Part shown: in pieces, positions 1 to 11,203 of the stretch
Numbering within the stretch: the first letter of the stretch is position 1
Layout: the number at the start of each line of letters is the position of its first letter
NCBI GenBank assembly: GCA_964016885.1
Contig: OZ024757.1
Span: 21,328,001-21,392,000, forward strand
DNA length: 64,000 nt
Reading direction: 5' to 3'
DNA from: Eledone cirrhosa
Taxonomy: Eukaryota
Notes under the pieces: generated by a model
What the model saw: the letters and a program-made list of their open reading frames with translations, nothing else
What the model was told of the DNA's origin: nothing
Databases searched by the model: none
Made by a program: the position numbers and the translations under genes

Positions 1-72
1 ACATACACCTTTGACGAGTTGTAGTGCACCTGAGCACTTTACACAATAATTTCATTATTATTATTATTATTA
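1..72 (+). mobile_element. 3' UTR/tail of a CR1-like LINE (truncated by window edge)
   Basis: acatacacactttgacgagttgtagtgcacctgagcact...tttcattattatt is nearly identical to the 3' end of the CR1-like fragment at ~23745-23810 and ends in (ATT)n. Confidence 0.7.
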
Positions 73-73
73 T

Positions 74-172
74 AACTTTGCCTTTCATCCTTAAGGGGTC
101 GATAAAATAAAGTACCAGTAATACACTGGGTTAATTGCTGGCCTTGTGCCAAAAGTAGAAACAACTATTATT
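74..172 (+). mobile_element. SINE family A, 3' part
   Basis: actttgcctttcatcctt..ggggtcgataaaataaagtaccagtaat..actggg..aattgctggccttgtgcc.aaagtagaaacaa matches more than 12 other copies in the window. Confidence 0.85.
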
Positions 173-759
173 ATAAATAAGTGCTCGACCTAATAGAAAT
201 AGCAGCCGAATACCTTCAAATCATGTCCTACTGGATTAAAAAGAGGGACACATTAGACAGTGTAATCATAGACATACAAAATCTCGTTTGATCATGTCTG
301 CGCAAATAGGGTTGACCTGGGGGTAATAATAACAAAAAACAACAACACAATCTTTTGGTCAGGTAGAAATAGCAGTAAAATCTCCCTAAAACGCCTCTAC
401 CGATTCTGCCAATCCAAGTAATGAATGAATATTATGTAGTTTATCTACTAAATTTCGTAGTTGTTGATTAAACAAATATAATGAGATGACAGAGAAAAGC
501 AATGAGGGAAGACACAGACAACACAAGAAACTAATCAATGATGATGGTACAAACAGAATTGTATATATTGAGAGATACTGTGATGAAAAGGACACTCCCC
601 CCTCCGCCAAACCCGTGTAAGATGGGAAGGGGGGGGTGTTAAAACGTTGATGGTGATGATGATGATGTTGAGAGTGGAGTTGAAATATGAAATGAAAGGA
701 TGAGGACAGGAATAATATGCCTACCTATTGACATAAATTGAAATAACAACAGCAGCAGC

Positions 760-1800
760 AATGATGATGATGATGATGATAGTGATGATGATGGTGATGA
801 TGATGATGATGATTGTGATGATGGTGATGATGATGATGATGATGATGATGATGGTGATTGTGGTGACGATGATGGTGGTTATGATAATGGTGATGGTGGT
901 GATGATGATGATGATGAATGATTAATAAACAAATAAATAAATAAATGATTAAATATAAATGAAACAAACATTGAATCATTAGAAAACAAATAGCTTGACA
1001 GCAGAGGTGGTGGTGGTGGTGGTGGTAATGGTGGTGGTGGTGGTGTGGTGGTGGTGTAGGTGGTGGTGGTGTGGTGTGGTGGTGGTGGTGTGGTGGTGTT
1101 GTAGGTGGTGGTGAAAGTGTCTGTGAGTGAAAGTCAAGGAATTGAAAGAGCTGGAGACTGGAGACAAATATAGGAATTAGCAGGTCCCAGATGACGGGGT
1201 GTGGTGGGGTGGTGGTGGTGGTGGTGGAGTGGGTGTGGCGGGTGGGGCGGGGTGTGGTGGGGTGGTGGTGGTGGAGTGGGGTAGTGGGATGGAGAGGAGT
1301 GGGGGGTGGGGTGGGGGGTGGAGAGTTTGTTGAGAGAGATATAGAGGAAAAAGTAAGAGAGAAAAAGGAAGGGTGGAGAGGGAGAGAGATATTAGGCAGA
1401 GGGACAGTGGTGGTGGTGGTGTGGTGGTGTGGTGGTGGTGATGTGGTGTGGTGTGGTGATGTTGATGGTGGTGGTGTGGTGGTGGTGGAGGTGTTGGTGG
1501 TGGTGTGGTGTGGTGGTGGTAATGGTGGTGTGGTGGTGGTGTGGTGGTGGTGTGGTGTGGTGGTGGTAATGGTGGTGTGGTGGTGGTGTGGTGGTGGTGT
1601 GGTGGTGGTAGTGTGGTGGTGGTGGTAGTGTGGTGGTGGTGGTAGTGTGGTGGTGGTGGTGGTGTGGTGTGGTGGTGTGGTGGTGGTATGTTGGTGGTGG
1701 TGGTGGAGGCAGTGGTGGTGGTATTGGTGATGCTGTTAGTGGTGGATGGCAGTGGTGTTGGAGGTAGTGGTGGGGGTTGTAGTGTTGTTAGTGGTGTTGA
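760..1800. repeat. (GAT)n/(GGT)n trinucleotide low-complexity tracts
   Basis: Visible runs of atgatg/gtggtg; source of spurious His/Thr/Pro/Val ORFs. Confidence 0.95.
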
Positions 1801-3601
1801 TGTGTGTCTGTGTGTCTGTGTGTCTATGTGTGTATGTGTGTGTGTGTGTGCACATGCCTTTGCATTTGTATGAATATTTTTCAGTGTATGTGCATGCACA
1901 GATATATGTGTGCATGTGTGAGTATTAAGAGTGTCTGTGTATGTGAGTGCATGCATTTAATTGAATGCATTTGTGTATTTATCACCTTGTATGTGTATAT
2001 GCGTGTACCTCGCTGCATTTGTATGTATGTATGTATGTATGTATGTATGTGTGTATGTATGTATGTGTGTATGTATGTATGTGTGTATGTGTGTATGTAT
2101 GTGAGTATGTATGTATGTGTGTATGTATGTATGTGTGTATGCATGTATGTGTGTATGCATGTATGTGTGTATGCATGTATGTGTGTATGTGTGTATGTAT
2201 GTATGCATGTGTGTATGTATGTATGTATGTGTATGTATGTGTGTACGTATGTATGTATATGTGTATGTATATATGTGTGTATGTATGTATATGTGTATAT
2301 ATGAATGTATGCATGTATGTGTGTACGTATGTATGTATATATGTGTATTATGTATGTATATGTATGTATATGTGTATTATGTATGTATATGTATGTATAT
2401 GTGTATGTATGTATATGTGTATATATGAATGTATGCATGTATGTGTGTACGTATGTATGTATATGTGTATGTATATATGTGTATGTATGTATGTATGTAT
2501 ATGTATGTATATGTATACATGTATGTATGTATATATGCTTGTATGTGTGTACGTATGTATGTATACGTGTATGTATGTATATGTGCGTGTACGTATGTAT
2601 AATTATGTTTGCATATGTGTGTATATGTGTGTATATATATATATGCATGTTAAGGTAAGCAGATGTTTGTGTGTTCCTGTGCATTTCAGTGCAGACCTGT
2701 TTATGCATAACTATTTGCATGCAGGAGATTTCCTGCGTATATGTAAACTGTTATCTGTGTGAAAATGCATGAATGTATGACTACATATATAATTGTAGGT
2801 GTATGTGCACAAGTCAACGAGTACATGTGTGCATGTGTGTGTGTGTTTGTGCTTGTGTGTGTGTGTGTTTGTGCTTGTGCATGTGTGTGTGTGTGCATGT
2901 GTTTGTGTGTGTTTGTGCATGTGTGTGTTTGTGTGTGTTTGTGCATGTGTGTGTGTTTGTGCATGTGTATGTTTGTGCATGTGTGTTTGTGTGTGTTTGT
3001 GCATGTGTGTGTTTGTGTGTGTTTGTGCATGTATGTGTTTGTGTGTGTTTGTGCATGTGTGTGTTTGTGTGTGTTTGTGCATGAGTCTGTTTGTGTGTGT
3101 TTGTGCATGTGTGTGTTTGTGCATGTGTGTGTTTGTGCATGTGTGTATGTTTGTGCATGTGTGTGTTTGTGTGTGTTTGTGCACGTGTGTGTTTGTGCAT
3201 GTGTGTGTTTGTGTGTGTTTGTGCATGAGTCTGTTTGTGTGTGTTTGTGCATGTGTGTGTTTGTGCATGTGTGTTTGTGCATGTGTGTGTGTTTGTGCAT
3301 GTGTGTGTTTGTGCATGTGTGTGTTTGTGCATGTGTGTGTTTGTGTGTGTTTGTGCATGTGTCTGTTTGTGTGTGTTTGTGTATGTGTGTGTTTGTGCAT
3401 GAGTCTGTGCATGTACGTGTGTGCATGTGTGTTTGTGCATGGGTGTGTTTGTGTGTGTGTGTGTATGTGTGTGCGTGAATGTACGTTTGTGCATGTGTAT
3501 GTTTGTGTGCATGCAACTTTATGTTTACATATCAAAGATTCATTCTTTCATAATACAAAATCACACTCAATATTTGTAATTCCAATGGATTGCATGGTTG
3601 T

Positions 3602-3634
<33 letters not shown>

Positions 3635-3641
3635 ATATATA

Positions 3642-3695
<54 letters not shown>

Positions 3696-3710
3696 TATAT
3701 ATATATATAG
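1800..3710. repeat. (GTAT)n, (GT)n/tttgtgcatgtg compound microsatellite and (TA)n
   Basis: Direct inspection. Confidence 0.95.
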
Positions 3711-3765
3711 GGAGACGTAGACGTAAAATGATCATGATGTTATATATAAATTTGTTTTCACTTCA

Positions 3766-3973
3766 TTAAAGGAAGTGGTAGATGAAATAGTTGCACGGCT
3801 TTCGACAATTGCTGAAGGAACGGTTCCAGAAAGAATTAAATGCTTTGCATAATCACTGTAAAGATTTTATTGCATTCAATGGAGATTATGTTTTGCAGAA
3901 TAAATACATTTTAGTTTCAATATGTTGTAGATTTTCATTTAAAGGGTTATTCTAAAGACTTTATTGCCATGCC
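3766..3973 (+). pseudogene. Possible decayed mariner-like transposase C-terminus and right end
   Basis: Translates to ...LHNHCKDFIAFNGDYVLQNK, resembling the mariner C-terminal '(R)W.KCI...GDY(V/F)E' motif; short and degenerate. Confidence 0.3.
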
Positions 3974-4112
3974 ATATATTATCATCATCATCGTTTAACG
4001 TCCATCTTCCATGCTAGCATGGATTTGGACGGGAATTTTCCCACTTGAGACAAGATTGGTTGTCTTGCTCGTATAGGACTGTCTGGCGGGTCTATATATA
4101 TATATATATATA

Positions 4113-4299
4113 TAGGAACGAGTAGGACCCCAACGGCTGAGCTCAAGCCGTTTTGATGGCTAATTCCAGAATTAGCCGTCGAAACGGCTTGAGCTCAGCC
4201 GTCGGGGTCCTACTCGTTCCTATTACCCACTCTACTACCCTAAGTATTGAGTACTTTGGTGCGTTATGGTCCACCTGGTTCCTTACCACATTTCCTCCG
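4113..4299 (+). mobile_element. Short fold-back element with the 3' half of a hammerhead ribozyme (Penelope-like/retrozyme-like, family H1)
   Basis: ~110-bp palindrome 4113-4222 containing stem II (ggctaattc-ca-gaattagcc), GAAA 4181-4184, stem III cggct...agccg and GTC 4201-4203. The 3' flank is shared with 9342-9523 (-) and 44602-44756 (+). Flanked by (TA)n. Confidence 0.65.
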
Positions 4300-4321
4300 T
4301 TATATATGTACATATATAAGT

Positions 4322-4592
4322 GCAGGCACGTGGCCTACTGGTAAGGGTGTTGGATATATAATATTATGGGCTCGATTCCTGGGTTGCGTGTTGTGTTCTT
4401 GAGCAAAACACTTCATTTCACGTTGCTCCAGTATACTCAGCTGAAAATGAGTACCAGCAATAGCTGGAGTTTTAACCCTGCGATGGACTGGTGTCCGGGG
4501 GGAGGGGGGAGTCTTGTACTCTCAGTCGCTTCACGCCATGAAACCAGGGATAAGCACTGGCCAAATGAGCCTTCTGGCTTAAGACAGACTTT
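4322..4592 (+). mobile_element. tRNA-headed SINE family D (shared central 'ttgagcaa.acact..atttcac.ttgctccag' domain, distinct tail)
   Basis: A-box-like tggcctactgg, B-box-like ggctcgattcc, central domain shared with families B/C, tail cctgcgatggactgg...gaaaccagggataagc. Confidence 0.7.
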
Positions 4593-4644
4593 AGACATAC
4601 ATATATATAAATATATATCTGTGTGTGTATATATATATGTATAT

Positions 4645-4800
4645 GCATGGCTTCGTGGTAAGAACATTGGGTTTGCAATTGTGAGGTTGTATGTTCAAAT
4701 CTCAGACTGGGTGGGTGATACATTGTGTCCTTGAGCAAGACACTTTATTTCATGTTGCTCCAGTTTACTCAGCTGTAGAAATGAGTTGTAACATCACTGG
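4645..4800 (+). mobile_element. Diverged tRNA-headed SINE (family B/C-type head and central domain)
   Basis: gcatggcttcgtggtaag...gttcaaatctcagactggg...ccttgagcaagacactttatttcatgttgctccagtttactcagctgtagaaatgag. Confidence 0.7.
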
Positions 4801-4927
4801 ATGAGGCTGACTATGTTGTAAGACCCTCTAAAACAGCCAGGATGCATCAACACTGATGGTGTGTCCAAGGTTTTGCATCTGTGGAAGTATGAAGAACTTG
4901 AGTACACACACTAAATATGATATAAAA

Positions 4928-5062
4928 TAATTGTTTCTACTTTTGGCACAAGGCCACCAATTACCCAGTGCATTACTGGTACTTTATTTTATCGACCCCG
5001 TAAGGATGAAAGGCAAAGTGAACCTCGATGGGATTTGAACTCAGACCATAGAGGAACGTAAC
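4928..5062 (-). mobile_element. SINE family A
   Basis: Reverse complement of the family A body. Confidence 0.85.
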
Positions 5063-5169
5063 TATGATATAAAATAATGTTTCATTTGAAGGCTATTACT
5101 ATGTGAACTGGGCAGTAAATATTAAATCTATGATAACAGGGATGTTGGGATTTTACAGTTCTTTATAGG

Positions 5170-5206
5170 TCCTTATATTTCAGGATAAAATCCCTTCATC
5201 AAAAGA
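5170..5206 (-). ncRNA. Degenerate minimal type-I hammerhead motif (core C3 changed to U)
   Basis: Minus strand: tctt-TTGATGA-ag-ggat-ttt-atcc-t-GAAA-ta-TA-agga. Confidence 0.45.
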
Positions 5207-5461
5207 TAAAAAAATTAAACTAATATGGAGCTGTATGTATATATATATGTGTGCGTGTGTGCGTGTGTATGTGTGTATGTGTGCGTGTGTGTGCGCGTGT
5301 GTGTGTGTGTGTGTAGTGTAGAGAATTTCATAAAAAAAACTCTATCTCCAAAGTTGGTAGAGCACTCAGTTTGAGGGACGAATTGTAATATATATGCTTG
5401 TATGTTTGTGTATGAGTGTGTGTACTTTTGTGCATGTGTGTGCTTGTGGATGTCGACAGTC

Positions 5462-5657
5462 AATCCACTTTCATCAAATCGGACCGAGGAAACAATGTTT
5501 CCGTTGGTCTTTCCAATTGCTAGTACTATTTATCGCTTGCAACTCCGGGTAGAAGAAGCAGCGTGAAATAAAGTGTCTTGCTCAAGGACATAACACATCG
5601 CCCGGTCCGAAGAATCGAATGCACAACCTCACTATTGCGAATCTAATTCTCTAACCA
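5462..5657 (-). mobile_element. tRNA-headed SINE family C
   Basis: Homologous to 7880-8098 and 59345-59512; tRNA head with A/B boxes plus shared central domain, with a tail unlike family B. Confidence 0.8.
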
Positions 5658-5685
5658 CTCAGCCCCGCGCCTTCACTTGTGCATG

Positions 5686-6113
5686 TCATCATCATTATCA
5701 TTTTACGTCCGCTTTTCCCTGCTTGCAAGGGTGGGAGGAGAACTGATTCTGGCTTGATTTCTACAGCTGGATGCCCTTCCTAACACCAACCTCATTTAGA
5801 GTGAGTGCTGGGTGCTTTTTTGCCGTGGCGTCTCCACGACCACTTTACAGTGAGGGCTGGGTGCTTTTTTGCCATGGCACCTCCACGTTCACTTTACAGT
5901 GAGTGCTGGGTTCTTTTTTGCCGTGGCACCTCCACAACCACTTTACAGTGGAATGATAGGGACCCCAATCCCTACCATCTCATTTCTACAGCTGAGTAAA
6001 CTGGAGCAATGTGAAATAAAGTGTCTTGCTCAAGGAAACAACACATCACCCGGTCTGAGAATTGAACTCACAACTTTTCGATTGCAAGGCCAATGCTCTA
6101 ACCACTAAGCCAT
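5686..6113 (-). mobile_element. SINE family B (tRNA head + central domain + 3 x 49-bp units + RTE-like tail, (ATG)n end)
   Basis: Near-identical to nine other copies; tail equals the RTE LINE 3' end at 19670-19735. Confidence 0.9.
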
Positions 6114-6499
6114 GTGGTGTGTATATTTGTGTATGTGTGTATAATTTTGTGATTGTATATTTGACTATGTGTATGATAGAGAAAAATATGAAATGATAGT
6201 ATGGGAAAGATAAGAAGAATATTAAAGAGAGAGAGAGAGGGGGCAGGGAAGGGGATGGAGAGTAATAAATCATGACCCCCCCCCACAACCACCACCACCC
6301 TCACCACATCCTTCTCTATATAAAAAAAAAAAAAAAATGGTGACACTGATTTTATAGATCTACAAGATATAATTCTGTTCCTGCTCCTCTTTTATAGATC
6401 TACAAGATATCCTGCACTCCAAACCCCACCCCGTCCTACCCTACCCCCCATACTGTCATCACACCTTTCAGCATGCCTCACAGGCCTCCCTTCTCTCTC

Positions 6500-7188
6500 T
6501 TACACACACATATATACATATATTTGTATGCACACATATATATATATATATATACACATATATTCATACACACACACATATATATATACATATATTCATA
6601 CACACACATATATATATACATACATATATTCATACACACACATATATATATATACATACATATATTCATACACACACATATATATATATATATATACATA
6701 TATACATACACACACACACATATATATATACGTATATTCATACACACAGACATATATATTTTAAATACATAGATTCACACACACACACACATATATATAT
6801 ACATATATTCATACACACACACACACATTTTTTATACATATATTCATACACACATACACATATATACATATATTCATACACACACACACACATATATACA
6901 TATATTCATACACACACACACAGATATATACATATATTCATACATACACACAGATATTCATACACACACACACACATATATACATATATTCATACACACA
7001 TATATACATATATTCATACACACACACACATGTATACATATATTCATACACACACTCATATATACATATATTCATACACACATATATACATATATTCATA
7101 CACACACACATGTATACATATATTCATACACACACACATATATACATATATTTATACACACACACACATATATATTCATACACACATA
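6500..7188. repeat. (CA)/(TA) compound minisatellite 'catatattcatacacacac'
   Basis: Direct inspection. Confidence 0.9.
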
Positions 7189-7470
7189 AAGAAGTCTCTA
7201 CAGGTGTGTGTGAGAGTGTGACAGACAGACAGACAGACATAGAAGGGGTTTAAGCAATAAAGAGAGAGACAGAGATAAGGGAGGGGTATGTGATAGGAGA
7301 TATAGAGGGGGGGTAAGGAGGGAAGGGTGAATTTAGGTCCCAAGAGGGGAACTTTGTAGATTAATCAGCTCGCTCCACCCACCACCACCTACATCACAAC
7401 CACTGCTAACCTCTTCCTCTTCCACCACTCACTCACTCACTCTATATATATATATATATATATAATGATA

Positions 7471-7767
7471 ATAATTGTTTCTATTTTAGGCACAAGGCCA
7501 GCAATTACCCAGTGCATTACTGGTACTTTATTTTATCGACCCCGTAAGGATGAAAGATGGTATATTATTTATACTTATGGATTGGCAGTATCGGTAGAGG
7601 GTCGGACGCCATGCTTTGACGCATAGAGTTACGGCCCTTGCCATTCTGAGTTCAAATCCCACCGCCAAGGTTAACTTTGCCTTTCATCCTTACGAGGGTC
7701 GATAAAATAAAGTACCAGTAATGCACTGGGATAATTGCTGGCCTTGTGCCTAAAGTCGAAACAATTA
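7471..7767. mobile_element. Two SINE family A copies head-to-head (7471-7556 minus, partial; 7578-7767 plus)
   Basis: A box tggcagtatcgg, B box gagttcaaatcc, family A body. Confidence 0.85.
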
Positions 7768-7817
7768 TTTATACTTATATATATACTATATATAATTATA
7801 AACAGGAAAGGTCAGTA

Positions 7818-7879
<62 letters not shown>

Positions 7880-7880
<1 letters not shown>

Positions 7881-8098
7881 AACGATCGACTTTCGTCAAA
7901 TCGGACCGAGGGAACAATGTTTCCGTTGGTCTTTCCAATTGCTAATACTATCTATCGGTCGCAACTCCAGGTAGAAGGAACAACGTGAAATAAAGTGTCT
8001 TGCTCAAGGACATAACGCATCGCCTGGTCCACGAATCGAACTCACAACCTTACGATTGCGAATCCGATTCTCTAACCACTCAGCCACACGCCTTCACC
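7880..8098 (-). mobile_element. tRNA-headed SINE family C
   Basis: Minus strand ggtgaaggcgtgtggctgagtggttagag...gagttcgattcg...ccttgagcaagacactttatttcacg. Confidence 0.85.
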
Positions 8099-8121
8099 AA
8101 TATATATATATATATATATAT

Positions 8122-9330
8122 ATATGTTCTAGTTTGTAGGAAAGAAAACAAGGCGGCGGTCCCTTCTGGGAAATGGTCGTGCTCGGTATGTAGGAAAGGT
8201 GTAGGTAGAAACTCCATCTTATGTCCTAAATGCAAAGTATGGGTGCATAAAAGATGTAGTGGGATCACAGGTAAGCTAACTAAGAACATAGACTTTACAT
8301 GTGGCCGGTGTTCTGGTGCAATAAGTAGCAGCAAGTGCCCACAAAATACTAGCTCTTTCAATTGCGCAGAGGGTTCTATAGAAATAGTGGACAGCTTCCG
8401 TTACCTGGGCGATAAAATCAGCAGTGGGGGAGGGTGCTCTGAAAGTACTGTAGCTAGAGTCAGAACTGGTTGGAAAAAGTTCAGAGAGCTTATACCACTA
8501 TTAGCTGCTAAAGGGTTCTCCCTAAAAATGAAAGGCAGGTTGTACGATGCCTGCATACGAACAGCAATGTTGCATGGTAGTGAGACCTGGGCATTGTGTG
8601 CAGAGGATATACGCAGACTAGAGAGGAACGAAGCTTGCATGCTCCGCTGGATGTGTAACAGTAATATACGTGAACGGCAAAGCATAAACGAACTAAGGAA
8701 AAAATTAGAGATAAGAGGGATCAGATGTTGTTTACTCGAGAGAAGGCTGCGTTGGTATGGACACGTGATGCGCATGAAAGTCGATAGCTGTATTACAAAG
8801 TGCAGGGCAATAAAGATAGACGGTAGCCACGGAATAGGCAGACCTAGAAAAACATGGGATGAGCTGATAAACTCCGACCTCACACACTTACACCTCTCCA
8901 AGACAATGTCACTGGACCGTGACCTTTGGCGGTACTCAGTAACAGAGAAGACCCGCCTTGCCAGTAGGCATCTCTAACAAACTACACCCCGTCCCGCCAC
9001 CACCCCCACCCCATCCACACCACCCCGTTCTATGTAAAGTTATGTTGGTGCCGCGCCATCCAGGCCGAAACAAATGAGATCGTGTAGGTGTCACGACAAA
9101 AAACACACAGTCCACGCTGTAATGTGGCCGTGTAGGCAACACGGTAAAAACCTCCCAGACTCACACTGTAAATGTGGTTGGTGTTAGGAAGGGCATCCAA
9201 CTGTAGAAAACCTGCCAGACAGTCCTATGCGAGCAAGACAATCACTCTTGCCTCAAGTGGGACTACCCCCGTCCAAACCCATGCAAGCGTGGAACACGGA
9301 CGTTAAACGTTGATGATGATGATGATGATG
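8122..9330 (+). mobile_element. 5'-truncated RTE-clade LINE (family RTE-2): RT C-terminal part (ORF to 8977) plus ~350-bp 3' UTR ending in (GAT)n
   Basis: ORF has FRYLG (RT motif 7), MLHGSETW, RRLRWYGHVMRM and GRPRKTW, typical of the RTE/BovB RT C-terminus. Same 3' end at 40580-41047 and 54150-54957. Confidence 0.92.
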
Positions 9331-9341
9331 ATATAACAAAA

Positions 9342-9523
9342 GAAGTGTGGTAAGGAACCAGATGGACCATAACGCACCAGAGTACTCAATACTTAGGGTA
9401 GTAGAGTGGGTAATAGGAAAATGTTTAAGCCCGACGACAGAGCTCAAGCCATTTCGACAGCTATATCTGAACTGAAATAGCCGTCGAAACGGCTTGAGCT
9501 CTGCCGTCGGGGTTAAACATTTT
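9342..9523 (-). mobile_element. Family H1 fold-back element (hammerhead 3' half)
   Basis: Reverse complement of the 4200-4299 flank plus an imperfect palindrome 9417-9523 with gtcGAAAcggcttgagctctgccGTCgggg. Confidence 0.65.
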
Positions 9524-9524
9524 C

Positions 9525-9558
<34 letters not shown>

Positions 9559-9570
9559 TTAATATAGATG

Positions 9571-9619
9571 AGATTCTACAGGACTAGAACTGTTTCATTC
9601 TTTAGAAATCATCAGGAAT
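9571..9619 (-). ncRNA. Type-I hammerhead ribozyme motif (family H2), GUA cleavage triplet
   Basis: Minus strand: attc-CTGATGA-t-ttc-taaa-gaa-t-GAAA-cag-ttctagtc-ctg-TA-gaat. Stems I and III pair; stem II is short. Lies in a perfect 52-bp inverted repeat (9556-9607/9619-9670). Confidence 0.65.
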
Positions 9620-9738
9620 TCTAAAGAATGAAACAGTTCTAGTCCTGTAGAATCTCATCTATATTAAAACTTTTATACTCTGCTATGTATTGAGTACCTT
9701 ACTTACTGTGGTTACCTCCATTTCAACCTGGAATAATG

Positions 9739-9769
<31 letters not shown>

Positions 9770-9840
9770 TTTCCTATATATATATATATATATATATATA
9801 CATTTTCCTATATATATATATATATATATATATACATTTT

Positions 9841-9877
<37 letters not shown>

Positions 9878-10245
9878 ACATTTTTAACCCCGACAGCAGA
9901 GCTCAAGCTCTCAAGCTGTTTCAACGGCTATATATATATATATCCCCTGTCTCTCCCCTATCTGTCCTTCTATCTCTCCCTTTCCCTCTGTCCCCTAATT
10001 CAATATCCCCCCCCCTCACTCAATATCTTTCTCTTCCCCCCTCTCTCTCTCAAAGTCTCCTCCCTCCCTACCCATATTTCCCAGTCTGCAGGATGATGAA
10101 ACTGGTGCAGCTGACAGTCAACGATATTTGATGGCAGCGCGTCTGTCTCACTCTGTCTCTCTGTCACTCTGTGTCTGTGTGTTATGCTGCCTCTCTGGCC
10201 CTGTGTGTGTGTGAGTCCCTCTGTCTCGCAACCCCCGCGTGTGCA

Positions 10246-10284
<39 letters not shown>

Positions 10285-10424
10285 GTTAAAATACTGGAGC
10301 GTGTTGGAGTTAAACACCCTCTTCGTATTATAGAAATGACAGTTAAAGGTATAGCTCAATGCAGTTAAACAGAGCCGAAGTTTCCGGCTTGTATTGGCCG
10401 ATAATACTTCTTGTTGTTTTAATT

Positions 10425-10462
10425 GCCCTGATGAGTCCTTAATAGGACGAAACATTGTCGGC
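10425..10462 (+). ncRNA. Minimal type-I hammerhead ribozyme motif (family H3), GUC triplet, followed by AATAAA
   Basis: gcc-CTGATGA-gtcc-ttaata-ggac-GAAA-c-att-g-TC-ggc; AATAAA at 10464-10469; inside a ~230-bp island between (TA)n tracts. Confidence 0.75.
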
Positions 10463-10510
10463 TAATAAAGACTTTTGATGTATTGAAGGCTTCTTTGTTT
10501 TACTTTCTTA

Positions 10511-10616
<106 letters not shown>

Positions 10617-10842
10617 GAAATGGCTGTGTAGTTGCTATTTAAGGTAACTTAAAATGCAGTGGGAATACAAAGAAAGCAAGGGGGGGGGGGGGGGGGGTCC
10701 TCATCAGTTGTCTACTGGGGGTCTCGGATACTTCTACGCTTTAAAGACAAGATACCACTTCACCCCAGGGTGTGAATAACTGGCAGCATTCTTCGCTGCC
10801 GACGCGTTGATCGGGTACCTACCACCAGTCTTCATCTCCGCC

Positions 10843-11203
10843 TGAATCTTCGGCCCCTTCCTTCAGTGTTTCTGCAACTGCGCTTGAGATGGTTTGTGGT
10901 CACGCAGCCCGGCGCCCTGAGGGTGAGCTGATCCGCGATGTTCTCCTCCCAACTCCACTCCCTAACTGGCGCAAGCGTGTTGGCGGGCAGCTGAAGACCT
11001 GGGCAACGACGATCAAGGAGGACCTCTCCTCTGAACTCTCAGGCCCGCAGGTGGTCGGCCTGCGCCAATGGAACCGCGACTGGCTCGCTATCTCCAGTGA
11101 TCTAGCCCGAGACCGTCGTGCGTGGGCTGCCATGGTTCGGCATGCCGTCAGGACAAGGGAAGAAGCCGGCTCAACCCGTCCAGGGTGAATGTCGTCACAA
11201 GTA
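10843..11203 (+). mobile_element. RTE-clade LINE 3' fragment (family RTE-3)
   Basis: Translation ...GHAARRPEGELIRDVLLPTPLPNWRKRVGGQLKTWATTIKEDL...DLARDRRAWAAMV resembles an RTE C-terminus; GC-rich, non-repetitive. Confidence 0.75.

Noticed and set aside
725-3710. Long His/Thr/Cys/Val/Tyr-rich ORFs (also at 21750-23084, 31972-33482, 41778-43160, 48921-49628, 54937-57823, 62043-63171)
   Set aside because: Translations of di-, tri- and tetranucleotide repeats that lack stop codons in several frames at once; no domain content.
8000-8121. N-terminal 40 codons of the 325-aa ORF
   Set aside because: Read-through of an antisense SINE and (TA)n; LINE homology starts at ~8122.
10060-10145. Possible exon after a pyrimidine tract (cccag|tctgcaggatgatg...)
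   Set aside because: Short, with no recognisable protein similarity and no convincing donor or partner exons; cannot be supported without RNA data.
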